From assembly GCA_037133755.1 (NCBI GenBank), contig JBAXNN010000001.1, positions 148,838-212,837 of the forward strand: a stretch of 64,000 bases of DNA, given 5' to 3'. A program made the position numbers and the translations under genes. Source of the stretch: Thermoleophilia bacterium. Its GTDB lineage: Bacteria > Actinomycetota > Thermoleophilia > Gaiellales > F1-60-MAGs149. Shown here piece by piece: positions 10,801 through 20,595 of this stretch; position 1 is the first letter of the stretch, and each line of letters opens with the position of its first letter. The notes under the pieces were generated by a model. It did no database searches. It worked only from the letters and a program-made list of their open reading frames with translations, and was not told where the DNA came from.

Positions 10801-10872
10801 AGCCAACACGACGAGAACAACGCCCACACACCGAAAACGGCCAACAAAGTGCGGGGCGATACGAGTGTTCAT
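7816..10872 (-). CDS. Large secreted Ser/Thr-rich protein with a Cys-rich C-terminus, unknown function
   Basis: I prefer the ATG at 10872 (MNTRIAPHFVGRFRCVGVVLVVLAAVLCVCSSALA, signal-peptide-like) over the track start at 10908. The product is 1018 aa with long S/T/A/G-rich low-complexity stretches and many Cys in the last ~200 aa. I recognise no family. Confidence 0.7.
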   Translation of the reverse strand: MNTRIAPHFVGRFRCVGVVLVVLAAVLCVCSSALADSTDAAARARTPKNLAVQAFTGPFRYVVGGTVTVTDPVSGETMGTGRTSRHGQTLLRVAGEPSKTAPFVVTVTGGRVQGRAFTGTLRTIVPELSLSLQRVDPSTTAASKMPLARTGGFGKNLASVRRALGFTGANSNQGLWLYSYVVGDQQLLRAVKNAGGYDAFSSMLARTARRGERVKGLRTRVLQMPHRQYYRAYKQRMKPKKKSATPAKGTLARSTAPSTRQSSSTTLAAAAGAPCTSTFAPPATPGSSQSDLTAVADFSVETTAAMISLYATGEGLGGEMPAMAEGVTGFALDEVNSAIDPTTGETETTEGLSAISDQLDCISNQVHALQTSVDMLSLQVSTSSVSTCEGAITTAWNNYYLPTIYGLADGSVTATSTNSQLSLTMNTISQLETTCSNAINEMLFNTGGGSTSAWQSLVADYEAGDYVSTDTVALAPSSVQAMQLFLSYWGTLEYQQAVMTNDYFNYMASVLNTPAAATQSAYMAQCASTPSVSSINGTATNWCQWQQNIADVWPSTTYSDEVALWTPSVTAASKYAISGSAVSAVPAGMGATASSPATAANVTPQTVASLCSGVTGSGGSTKGTPMCTTALSSSYPTNTLSSYNALKKGTMATPYQLWSAPQVAKTAVLAAGSANMAALSGFFNSQLNGSAGQVTQSSATSTTTASNGGVSNSTTSTTVNGAILGSTSSPSWQLLGSGSTLSNYNTGASSCGAGCTNIAFGCQVLANGTFYSPSPWNGSGTYTITEQTISTYGGGYLNQNSVCSTGMFPSSPPAAYLLSRPWTQGSAWPGTPVITSTTINNPNAAAYNLAASNCPAGGCSWGLGSTLPTGWSLTTAGYLTVVCGSPTATITLTVSNNYAFGYGTVTVTPPPACSPPVVTSTSLTATYPTPGAQLVASNCGSGCTFYCENTGEMGCITQSYQWWEDYGTTQVITTLTNGTTYCGWIAGEQQTIYVTATNSWGLKSASTPVSVTCNGSVG

Positions 10873-11010
10873 CCCCGCATTATCTGCGAAAAACCCGTCA
10901 GAACACAACCACCGCGCACGTGTCTAGGTACCTGCACATGCTGTAGGAAGCGGGATTTCGCGCTGCGTAATCCGCAGGGAAGCGGGAGAGAGATTCTCGG
11001 GCCGAATCGG

Positions 11011-11214
11011 TCAGACTCGCTCATCGCGCACATCGGGTGAGGAACCACCCGGCGCGTCAAGCACGGCTCGCATCCCCAAAAGCTCGATGCGCCCCGGTCC
11101 GGTCACCTCAATCGCGACAACATCGCCTGCGCGGAGACCCGACTGATCCATGACGTCGTCGCAGATCTCAATGCTGAAATCCTTGCTGATTTGCGTGATG
11201 CACATGTGACGCAA
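11011..11214 (-). CDS. Possible small AbrB/SpoVT/MazE-type DNA-binding protein
   Basis: 67-aa ORF (alternative start MCITQ at 11205). The segment ISKDFSIEICDDVMDQSGLRAGDVVAIEVTGPGRIELL resembles a swapped-hairpin AbrB fold. It sits in a visibly lower-GC patch with no adjacent toxin gene. Confidence 0.35.
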   Translation of the reverse strand: MRHMCITQISKDFSIEICDDVMDQSGLRAGDVVAIEVTGPGRIELLGMRAVLDAPGGSSPDVRDERV

Positions 11215-11264
11215 GATACCGGACGATTACGGCTGCCGTTGATCCGGCACGAGAAGCTTCGGCA

Positions 11265-12719
11265 CTACAGATCAAGATGCCGGCGGCCGATCGCAATCGG
11301 CACGAGGGCCAGCAGCACGAGGCCCGCGGCGGCGAGGAACGGCCAGGCGGCGGCAGCGGTGCCCGCGTTGCGGATGGCCTGCTCGAGGCTCGTCTGAAGC
11401 GCGTTCCAGGCGGCGAGCTGCTGCGGGTCGGACGGCGCGTTGGCGAAGACCTCGCTGATGTTGGGAATTCGGCCGTTGGCACCCTGTACGAGACTCCGCA
11501 GCTCGCCGCCGAGCCCGAGACGCGTCGTGATCGGCAGCGGCGAGTCGAGCAGCAGCTGCATGCCCTGCTGCTGCACCTTCTCCTGCTGGACGCCGAGCTG
11601 GTGGGTGAAGAGCGGCGTCAGCGCGACGATGCCGAGCACGAGGCCGAGGTGGCGGAAGCCGAGCGTCCAGCCACCGTGGATGGCCTGGGACGAGCGGCCG
11701 CGCAGCGCGGCGTCGGTGAGCGCCTCGATCGTCAGGCCGATACCGGCGCCGATCGCGATCTGGCCCGGCACGGTCCACCACCACTCCGGCGCGGGTAGGA
11801 GCGCGAGTGAAGTGAGGCCGGCAGCGAGCAGGATCGTGCCGGAGGCAGCGCGGGCGGGCACCGAGCCGACGTCGTTGAACAACCGGGCGGCGACGATCGC
11901 CGAGATCGGCATCACCGTCACGACAAGGGCCGTCGCGATCGGCGTCATCTGCCAGCCCTGGATCAGCAAGAGCACGATCAGGAAGAGCGCGGCGGTGAGC
12001 CCGGCGCTGAGGAGCATCAAGGCGATATTCGCTGCGAAGTGCGGGCGCCCAGCCGGCTCGTACGTGGGGTGGGTGCGGACACGCAGCGTCGGCAGCGCCA
12101 GCAGGATCGCCGGGACCTGGATGAAGAAGATCGCCTCCCAGGAGATCAGCTGCGTCAGCAGGCCACCGAGTGCGGGGCCGAACGCAGCGCCGAGCGCGCC
12201 GGCGGTTGCCCAGATCACCGCGGCGCGGCGCTCTGAGCCTGTCGTAACGGGCAGGATCTCGAGCGCGGCGGTGACGGCCATCGCGCCACCGATCGCCTGC
12301 ACGGCGCGGGCGAAGAGCAGCACTTCGAATGACGGTGCAAGTGCGCACGACAACGACGCAGCGGCGAACACCGCCAGGCCGAGCAGCAGCAAGACGCCGG
12401 GGGCGCGGCGACGCACGACATACGCGACCGGCACGGCGACGAGCGCGAGCACGATGTTGAAGCCCGTCAGCACCCACGCGACCTCGCCGATGGTGAGGCT
12501 GAACCGCGCGAGGATATCCGGCAGTGCGAGGACAACGATCGACGAGTCGCTCAGCACCAGTGCGACGGCGAGCGCGAGGCAGATCGTCTGCAGTCGGTTG
12601 GTGCCTGGACGCGGAATCTCAAGTTCGCGCGGCAGCGGATTGGCCGACACTCCCTGCTCGCCCTGCACCACGGGGCGCAGCTCGCCTCGGCGAGCGGGGA
12701 GGTCGTCGGTCTCGTCCAT
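11265..12719 (-). CDS. MFS transporter (DHA2/EmrB-like, about 14 TM)
   Basis: I prefer the ATG at 12719 (MDETDDLP...) because the upstream part of the 540-aa ORF is not protein-like. There are many hydrophobic segments, and the LALPDILARF and GPALGGLL motifs are typical of drug:H+ antiporters. Confidence 0.8.
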   Translation of the reverse strand: MDETDDLPARRGELRPVVQGEQGVSANPLPRELEIPRPGTNRLQTICLALAVALVLSDSSIVVLALPDILARFSLTIGEVAWVLTGFNIVLALVAVPVAYVVRRRAPGVLLLLGLAVFAAASLSCALAPSFEVLLFARAVQAIGGAMAVTAALEILPVTTGSERRAAVIWATAGALGAAFGPALGGLLTQLISWEAIFFIQVPAILLALPTLRVRTHPTYEPAGRPHFAANIALMLLSAGLTAALFLIVLLLIQGWQMTPIATALVVTVMPISAIVAARLFNDVGSVPARAASGTILLAAGLTSLALLPAPEWWWTVPGQIAIGAGIGLTIEALTDAALRGRSSQAIHGGWTLGFRHLGLVLGIVALTPLFTHQLGVQQEKVQQQGMQLLLDSPLPITTRLGLGGELRSLVQGANGRIPNISEVFANAPSDPQQLAAWNALQTSLEQAIRNAGTAAAAWPFLAAAGLVLLALVPIAIGRRHLDL

Positions 12720-12802
12720 ACGACCAGTGTAGGCAATCCTTGACACCTGTTCGGTTTGGCTGGGTGCCTGCTCGCACTCTGAAGAACTCCTGAGAGTCGG
12801 CC

Positions 12803-12826
12803 TCAGTCGAGCAGGCTCGCCAGCAG
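12803..12826. repeat. 24-bp direct repeat, copy 1 (a duplicate of the otsB 3' end including its stop)
   Basis: tcagtcgagcaggctcgccagcag is identical to 12900-12923. On the minus strand it reads ..LLASLLD*. Confidence 0.9.
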
Positions 12827-12864
12827 AGGACAGAATGGGACCGGCCCCAAATTGACCGCAAAAC

Positions 12865-12894
12865 GGACATTCTGGGGCCGGCCCCAAAATGTCC
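12865..12894 (-). terminator. Hairpin just downstream of otsB
   Basis: 30-bp near-perfect palindrome ggacattctggggcc|ggccccaaaatgtcc with one mismatch. On the minus strand it is followed by gttttg. It lies 6 nt after the otsB stop. Confidence 0.5.
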
Positions 12895-12899
12895 AGGCG

Positions 12900-12923
12900 T
12901 CAGTCGAGCAGGCTCGCCAGCAG
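12900..12923. repeat. 24-bp direct repeat, copy 2 (the genuine otsB 3' end)
   Basis: Identical to 12803-12826. The two copies are 97 bp apart. Confidence 0.9.
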
Positions 12924-13652
12924 GGCGACGAGGCCGTCGGTGCCGTCGACGACGACGTCGGCCGCCTCGAGTAGCTCCTCCGGCGTCTCGTCGGAGCGCA
13001 CGGCGACCTTCACATCCACCACGGCGAAACCGTCAAGGTCGGTGCGGTCGTCGCCAGCGTAGAGCGAGCGGTGCACGCCTGGTCGGGTGAGCAGGAGCTC
13101 CTCGATCGCCGAGCCCTTGTCGACCGGCAGCGGCGGGCGCGCCTCGAGCGACATGCGGCCCCAGCGCGAGACGAGACCGACGGCGTTGAGCAGCGGGATG
13201 GCGCGCAGCTCGAGCAGGGCGCGGGCCGCCGTCGGGTCGGGCGCCTCGCGAAAGTGCACGGTGAGGCTCGCTCCCTTGTCCTCGATCCAACCACCGGCCT
13301 CGGCGACGATCGGCTCGATCGACGCGGACGCGGTGCGCAGATCGAGCAGCCACTCCTCCACCCCGCCCGCCAGGTGCACCTCGCCATCGACGAGCAGCTC
13401 GAGGCCGTGGTTGCCGGCGAAGTGCACGCCGGGCACCGGCACGAGCCGCGCGGCATCAAGCGCGCGGCGGCCGGAAACGCAGCCCACCAGCGCGTAGCGC
13501 TCGACGAGCGCGGCAATCACCGCGAGCGTCTCGGGCGGCACGGCGCTGTGGTCGGGATGCGCCACGATCGGGGCCAGCGTGCCGTCGACGTCGAGCAGAA
13601 TCGCGGAGCTCTCCGGCGCCGTGCGGATTCGAGTCAGCGGATCGGCACCCAT
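12900..13652 (-). CDS. otsB: Trehalose-6-phosphate phosphatase (HAD superfamily)
   Basis: HAD motif I LLDVDGTLAPIV, then GCVSGR and a late YAGDDRTDLDGF motif. I prefer the ATG at 13652 (MGADPL). The track start at 13688 would overlap the divergent gene that begins at 13672. Confidence 0.75.
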   Translation of the reverse strand: MGADPLTRIRTAPESSAILLDVDGTLAPIVAHPDHSAVPPETLAVIAALVERYALVGCVSGRRALDAARLVPVPGVHFAGNHGLELLVDGEVHLAGGVEEWLLDLRTASASIEPIVAEAGGWIEDKGASLTVHFREAPDPTAARALLELRAIPLLNAVGLVSRWGRMSLEARPPLPVDKGSAIEELLLTRPGVHRSLYAGDDRTDLDGFAVVDVKVAVRSDETPEELLEAADVVVDGTDGLVALLASLLD

Positions 13653-13671
13653 CGCTGGATAGGATAGAGGC

Positions 13672-14055
13672 GTGGAGAACGCCAACACCCTCCCGAAGGT
13701 GAGCGTCTACCCGCTGATCGGGATTGGCATCGTGTCGGGCCTGTTCGCCGCCATGTTCGGGATCGGCGGCGGCGTAGTGATCGTGCCGCTCCTGATTCTG
13801 CTCACGCGCATGCCGCCGCGCATCGCCGCCGCAACGTCGCTCGCCACGCTGCTGCTCACGTCGATGATCGGCACCGCACGCTACGCCGGCAGTGGCCACA
13901 TCGACTGGGTCGCCGCGATCGTGATTGGCGTCCCGGCCGTCGTCGGCGTGGTGATCGGCATCTCGTTCCAGAAGCGCCTGCCGGCCGACTGGCTGATCAT
14001 CGCGTTCGGCGTGCTGATCATCGCCATCGGCCTGAAGCTGGTGTTCAAGCTCTGA
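13672..14055 (+). CDS. TSUP (TauE/SafE) family membrane protein, half-size (4 TM)
   Basis: 127 aa, hydrophobic, with the motif GLFAAMFGIGGGVVIVPLL typical of the TSUP repeat unit. Confidence 0.75.
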   Translation: MENANTLPKVSVYPLIGIGIVSGLFAAMFGIGGGVVIVPLLILLTRMPPRIAAATSLATLLLTSMIGTARYAGSGHIDWVAAIVIGVPAVVGVVIGISFQKRLPADWLIIAFGVLIIAIGLKLVFKL

Positions 14056-14465
14056 TGGACATCACCACGACGACCATCTTGATCGCGATCGTGGCCGGCG
14101 TCGGCGCCGGCGTCCTGGCGGGCCTCTTCGGCGTGGGTGGCGGCGTGATCTTCGTGCCCACGCTCGTACTCGTGTTCTCGTTCCACCAGCTCGACGCGCA
14201 GGCCACGTCGCTCGCCGCGATCGTGCCGGTCGCCGCCGTCGGTGCGTGGCGCCAGTCGAACGACGACAACGTCTACTGGCGCGGCGCGATGCTGATGGGC
14301 ATCGGCGCGGCCGTCGGCGTGGTGATCGGCGCGGAGATCGCCACGCGCATTCCCGACGGCACGCTGTCGCAGGTGTTCGGGGCCGTGCTGCTCCTATCGG
14401 GCGGCGAGATGATCGTCAGCGCCAGCCGTCGGTTGAAGGCGAAGCGGGCTAGCGAACCGGAGTGA
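14055..14465 (+). CDS. TSUP (TauE/SafE) family membrane protein, half-size (4 TM)
   Basis: 136 aa. Its ATG overlaps the upstream TGA (TGATG). Has the motif GLFGVGGGVIFVPTLV. Confidence 0.75.
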   Translation: MDITTTTILIAIVAGVGAGVLAGLFGVGGGVIFVPTLVLVFSFHQLDAQATSLAAIVPVAAVGAWRQSNDDNVYWRGAMLMGIGAAVGVVIGAEIATRIPDGTLSQVFGAVLLLSGGEMIVSASRRLKAKRASEPE

Positions 14466-14470
14466 TGTGT

Positions 14471-14571
14471 TGATGTCCCAAAGGGGTCAGACCTTTTTGG
14501 GACATGAGTGACGCTGCCGCTCTAGTGCGAACGTTGAGAATGTCCCAAAAAGGTCTGACCCCTTTGGGACA

Positions 14572-14574
<3 letters not shown>
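14471..14574. repeat. Composite palindromic element (GGGGTCAGACC-core family), locus A
   Basis: Exactly reverse-complementary 35-bp arms: 14471-14505 (tgatgtcccaaaggggtcagacctttttgggacat) and 14540-14574. The spacer is 34 bp. Each arm is itself a hairpin. The element sits between convergent genes and overlaps the acs stop. Confidence 0.85.
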
Positions 14575-16524
<1,950 letters not shown>

Positions 16525-16595
16525 CGTGATCCCTCCTCCCGTGGATTCACCGGAAGGCTACCCCGATTCTGCGACCGCCGTGTACCGTTTCGGGT

Positions 16596-18149
16596 GTGCG
16601 CAACCGCACCGGCATCTTCGCCGTCGTCTTGCTGACGGCGACCCTCTGCGCGCTTGCAGTCGGCTTTGGCGCATCCGCGGCCGATGCGCCGGGCGTTGTG
16701 CCGCAGGGCCGTGCCGCGGGCTTCGTGTTGCAGGTGCGTATTCCGGGCGTTGCCCCCATCACCCATGCGCCCGCGATTTCGCGTGGCGGCTCGGCCAGCG
16801 CCAGCGGCGGCTTCGCCACGCAGCCCGACCCGTCGATCGCCAGTGTCCTCACCTCCGACACGACGGTCAACGTCGAAACGACCGACGTCGCCGCCCGCGG
16901 TGACGCCACCACGCGCGCGGCTGGCGTCACGCTGCTCGACGGCCTCGTCACCGCCACGTCGATCACCTCGCAGTCGGCCGCCCTCGCGGCCACGACGACC
17001 GAGGCCCAGAGCGCGTTGCAATCGACCGTTGACGGCCTCGTCGTCGCCGGCCAGCCCGTTGAGGCGACGCCGAACAAGATCGTCGCGATTACCGGTGTCG
17101 GCGATCTCGTCGTCGAGGAATCGGTCGACGCCGTGCGCGGCCCGCAGGCGGCGCGCACCTTTGCGATCGCACTGCACCTGCGCCTGCGCCAGGAGTACCG
17201 CGGCCTGCCGGCCGGCACCGAGATCATGGTCGGCTATGCCGACAGCGGCGCGGAGGTCCCGGACCCGACCTCGCTGACCAAGCTCGATCCGCTCAATCCC
17301 CTGCCGAGCGCGACCGGTCCGATCTCGCCCGTCATCGGCCTCAACTCGGAGGATCCGCCGCCGGGTGGCTTCACCCAGAACCCGCCGATCACGCAGGAGC
17401 ACGTGGACCAGCTGCTCGACGGCACGTACATGTTCCCCGTGCTGGGTGCGACCGCGAACGACTTCTCCAACGACTTCGGTGCTCCGCGCGCCGATACGGG
17501 CTTCCATCAGGGCATCGATATCTTCGGCGCGGCTGGCACGCCGATCCTCGCGATCAACGACGGCGTGCTGTCGAACGTCGGTTGGAATACCCTCGGCGGC
17601 CGTCGCTTCTGGCTGACGGATCGCTACGGCAACCAGTTCTACTTCGCGCACCTGTCCGGCTTCTCGCCGCTCGCCAAGGAGGGCGCGCAGGTGAAGCGCG
17701 GCGACGTCATCGGGTTCCTCGGCAACAGCGGCGACGCCCAGGGCACGCCGCCGCACCTCCACTTCGAGATGCATCCGGCCGGCGGCTGGGCCGTGCCGCC
17801 GTTCCAGTACATCACCTCGTGGCTCACGGGCGTGCGCCAGCCTGTCGTCGCCACGCCGCTGGCACCGCCGCCGGTCGTTGTGACCGTGCCGGCGCCGACC
17901 ACGACCGCGCCGAAGCCCAAGCCGAGGCCGATCGAGACGTTGCCGGTCACTACACCCGCGCCGACCACGACGCAGGCTCCCGCCCCGGCCCCGGCTCCCG
18001 CACCGCCAGTTACGACGGCCCCGCCCGCCACCACGGCGCCGACGACGACCGCTCCGCCGGCCACGACGGCGCCCACCCCGACCGACACCACGTCGACGGG
18101 CGCCACGACCGCGGCCGTCACGGGCACCGGCACCGTCTTCTCCGGCTAA
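16596..18149 (+). CDS. Secreted M23 family metallopeptidase with a Pro/Thr/Ala-rich C-terminal tail
   Basis: GTG start with a signal-like N-terminus (IFAVVLLTATLCALAVGFGASA). M23 motifs FHQGIDIF and GNSGDAQGTPPHLHFEMHP are present. The C-terminal ~100 aa are a PTTTAP-type low-complexity region. Confidence 0.85.
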   Translation: MRNRTGIFAVVLLTATLCALAVGFGASAADAPGVVPQGRAAGFVLQVRIPGVAPITHAPAISRGGSASASGGFATQPDPSIASVLTSDTTVNVETTDVAARGDATTRAAGVTLLDGLVTATSITSQSAALAATTTEAQSALQSTVDGLVVAGQPVEATPNKIVAITGVGDLVVEESVDAVRGPQAARTFAIALHLRLRQEYRGLPAGTEIMVGYADSGAEVPDPTSLTKLDPLNPLPSATGPISPVIGLNSEDPPPGGFTQNPPITQEHVDQLLDGTYMFPVLGATANDFSNDFGAPRADTGFHQGIDIFGAAGTPILAINDGVLSNVGWNTLGGRRFWLTDRYGNQFYFAHLSGFSPLAKEGAQVKRGDVIGFLGNSGDAQGTPPHLHFEMHPAGGWAVPPFQYITSWLTGVRQPVVATPLAPPPVVVTVPAPTTTAPKPKPRPIETLPVTTPAPTTTQAPAPAPAPAPPVTTAPPATTAPTTTAPPATTAPTPTDTTSTGATTAAVTGTGTVFSG

Positions 18150-18171
18150 CCGCAACAGGTAGCGTTCGGGC

Positions 18172-19233
18172 ATGGATCTCGACGCCGCGCTTGCCGTCCT
18201 CGCCGAGGAGGGCGCACCGAACTACCGCGCCGATCAGGTCCGCCAGGCCGTCAGCCGCGACTTCATCGATTCGTGGGACGAGGCCTCAACGCTGCCGAAG
18301 GCACTGCGCGCCGCGCTCGAGGAGCGCGCGCCGATCCACGAGCTGGTGCTCGAGGAGGAGCAGCGCGCGAAGGACGGCACCGTCAAGGCGCGGTTCTCGA
18401 CGCACGATGGCTTCCCCGCCGAGGCCGTGCTGATGCGCAGCAAGGACCGCTATACCGTGTGCCTCTCGTCGCAGTCGGGCTGCGCTCTCAAGTGCGCGTT
18501 CTGCGCGACGGGCACGATGGGCCTCGGCCGCTCGCTCACGAAGGGCGAGATCTACGAGCAGCTGCTGTGGGCGGCCCGCACGGCACGCAAGAGCGATGCG
18601 CGCATCCGCAACGTCGTGATGATGGGCATGGGCGAGCCGCTGCAGAACCTCGACAACGTGCTCGGCTTCTGCCATCTCGCCAACGATCCCGACGGCTTCG
18701 GCCTCGGCGCGCGCTCGATCGCGATCTCGACGGCCGGCTGGCTGCCGGGGATCGACGCGCTGATCGAGGAGCCGATGCAGGTGAAGCTCGCGATCTCGTT
18801 GCACGCGCCCGACGACGTGCTGCGCACGGAGCTGATGCCCGTCAACAAGCGCTATCCGATTGCCGAGCTGATGAAGACCCTCAAGCGCTACCGCACGGAG
18901 ACGCGTCGCCGGGTCTACGTGGAGTACCTGCTGCTCGATCAGGTCAACGATCGCGTCGAGCAGGCCGAGCGCCTTGCCGACCTCCTGCACGAGCATCTGC
19001 CCGGCGGGCACCATGTGAATCTCATCTGGTACAACCCGACCGGCTCAGGCCTCAACGCCTCGGCGCCGGAGCGCGTCGAGCGCTTCCAGGCGATCCTCGA
19101 GAAGCGCCGCATTCCGTTCACCCTGCGCCGCTCGAAGGGCTCCGACATCGACGCCGCCTGCGGCCAGCTGGCGGTGAAGGGCGCCGCGGCTGCGGCGCGC
19201 GCAGCAAAGCGCGCGGAGCGCGAGACGGCATGA
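18172..19233 (+). CDS. rlmN: 23S rRNA/tRNA (adenine-C2)-methyltransferase, radical SAM
   Basis: 353 aa. Contains the radical-SAM cluster motif CALKCAFCATG, GMGEPLQN, and the late Cys in DIDAACGQL. Confidence 0.9.
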   Translation: MDLDAALAVLAEEGAPNYRADQVRQAVSRDFIDSWDEASTLPKALRAALEERAPIHELVLEEEQRAKDGTVKARFSTHDGFPAEAVLMRSKDRYTVCLSSQSGCALKCAFCATGTMGLGRSLTKGEIYEQLLWAARTARKSDARIRNVVMMGMGEPLQNLDNVLGFCHLANDPDGFGLGARSIAISTAGWLPGIDALIEEPMQVKLAISLHAPDDVLRTELMPVNKRYPIAELMKTLKRYRTETRRRVYVEYLLLDQVNDRVEQAERLADLLHEHLPGGHHVNLIWYNPTGSGLNASAPERVERFQAILEKRRIPFTLRRSKGSDIDAACGQLAVKGAAAAARAAKRAERETA

Positions 19234-20087
19234 GCTGGGACGCCGTCGCGTGGGCCCGCTCGACGGGCATCGAGGCAGGTACGCCGAACACCGTGCCGCC
19301 CCCGCCGCCCATGCCCGATGGTGGTGTGATCGCGATCGAGCGCGAGGCGTGGCTGGCCCGCGTGCAGCCGACGGCTGCGATCGGCACGATCGAGCTCGAG
19401 CTGCGCGCCGCGGGTTGGACACTCGGCCCGCTGCCGGAAGACTCCGAGCGCATGCCCGTCGTCTCCGCAATCGCGACCGACCAGTCGTCGCTGGCCGGCT
19501 CGGGCGCGGGTTTCACGACGCGCCGCTACGACGAGTCGTCGCAGGGCCTGCGCCTGCGCATCCGCCCCATGCCCGCCGCCCAGGCCGGCTGTGCGGTGCT
19601 GCTGCCCGACTTCACCCGCGGCCTCGAGGCGCTGCGGCAGCTGGGCCAGCGCGGCCACCTGCCCGACGAGGCGATCCTGCTCGATCGCAACGCCATCGAC
19701 CTGTGGCTCAGTGCCGCGGAGATCGGCGAGTCGACCGCGCCGCTCCTGCGCCCCGAGGATTCGCTGCTCCTGATGATCGGCACGGGCCCGTCGGGCACGG
19801 CCGCCGAGCGCATGGCGCGCGCCGCCGCATCGCTGACCGACCTCGGCGCCGAGACACTCGGCCAGGACGTCGCCCAGGCGTGGGCGGCCACGCGTGATCG
19901 CGTCGTCACGGCCGCCCCCACGCTGCTCGGCGCGGGCTACGACTTCGAGCGCCGCGAGGCGCGCCGCTCGTGGAGCGAGCCGGTCGTCGATCCGCGCCAG
20001 GAGGGCTCGTGGGTCGGGCTCGAGGCGACGGGTGCCGACGCCCATTCGGTGCTGCTGCGCGCGCGTCGGCTGTCGGCCGCGGCCTAG
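19230..20087 (+). CDS. Hypothetical protein, translationally coupled to rlmN
   Basis: The ATG at 19230 overlaps the rlmN TGA (ATGA). Only the last 285 aa of track ORF 18273..20087 are free of overlap with rlmN and protein-like (MSWDAVAWARSTGIE...). I recognise no family. Confidence 0.55.
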   Translation: MSWDAVAWARSTGIEAGTPNTVPPPPPMPDGGVIAIEREAWLARVQPTAAIGTIELELRAAGWTLGPLPEDSERMPVVSAIATDQSSLAGSGAGFTTRRYDESSQGLRLRIRPMPAAQAGCAVLLPDFTRGLEALRQLGQRGHLPDEAILLDRNAIDLWLSAAEIGESTAPLLRPEDSLLLMIGTGPSGTAAERMARAAASLTDLGAETLGQDVAQAWAATRDRVVTAAPTLLGAGYDFERREARRSWSEPVVDPRQEGSWVGLEATGADAHSVLLRARRLSAAA

Positions 20088-20107
20088 TTCTCCGCGATAC
20101 TTCGGAC

Positions 20108-20572
20108 ATGCCCATCTTCGAGCGTTCCATCGAGATCGATGCCCCGATTCAGTCCGTCTACGACTTCCACCTCGACACGCGCAACGCTGCGCGCATCGCG
20201 TCGGAGGGCCAGGAGTTCGTCTCCATCACGGGCGACTTCCCGCTCGCGCTCGGCGGCGAGGTCGAGCTGAAGGTCAAGATGAAGCCCCTGCCGGGCACGC
20301 AGACGTGGGTCGTGCGCGTGACCGAGCTGGCCGAGCCGATCCTCGTGGTCGACGAGATGCTGAAGGGCCCGTTCGCGAAGTTCCGCCACGAGCACCGCTT
20401 CGCCCCGACCGACAGCGGCGGCACGCTCCTGACCGACCACATCGAGTGGCAGCTCCCCGGCGGCATCGCCGCCAAGGCGATCGAGCCGATCGCGAAGGCG
20501 CAGCTCGAGAAGTCGTTCGCGGAGCGCCAGGCCGCCACGAAGGCGATCCTGGAGGCCGACGCGCGGGCCTAG
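20108..20572 (+). CDS. SRPBCC (START/polyketide cyclase-like) family protein
   Basis: The ATG at 20108 gives MPIFERSIEIDAPIQSVYDFHLD...GPFAKFRHEHRF, typical of the SRPBCC/CoxG-like ligand-binding fold. The upstream part of the ORF is Arg-rich. Confidence 0.7.
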   Translation: MPIFERSIEIDAPIQSVYDFHLDTRNAARIASEGQEFVSITGDFPLALGGEVELKVKMKPLPGTQTWVVRVTELAEPILVVDEMLKGPFAKFRHEHRFAPTDSGGTLLTDHIEWQLPGGIAAKAIEPIAKAQLEKSFAERQAATKAILEADARA

Positions 20573-20595
20573 CCCCAACGGCACGCAGCCGCGCT

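Noticed and set aside
18273-19229. N-terminal part of the 604-aa ORF 18273..20087, overlapping rlmN in another frame
   Set aside because: rlmN has unambiguous radical-SAM motifs. The overlapping frame is Arg/Ala-rich until the ATG at 19230, which is coupled to the rlmN stop.
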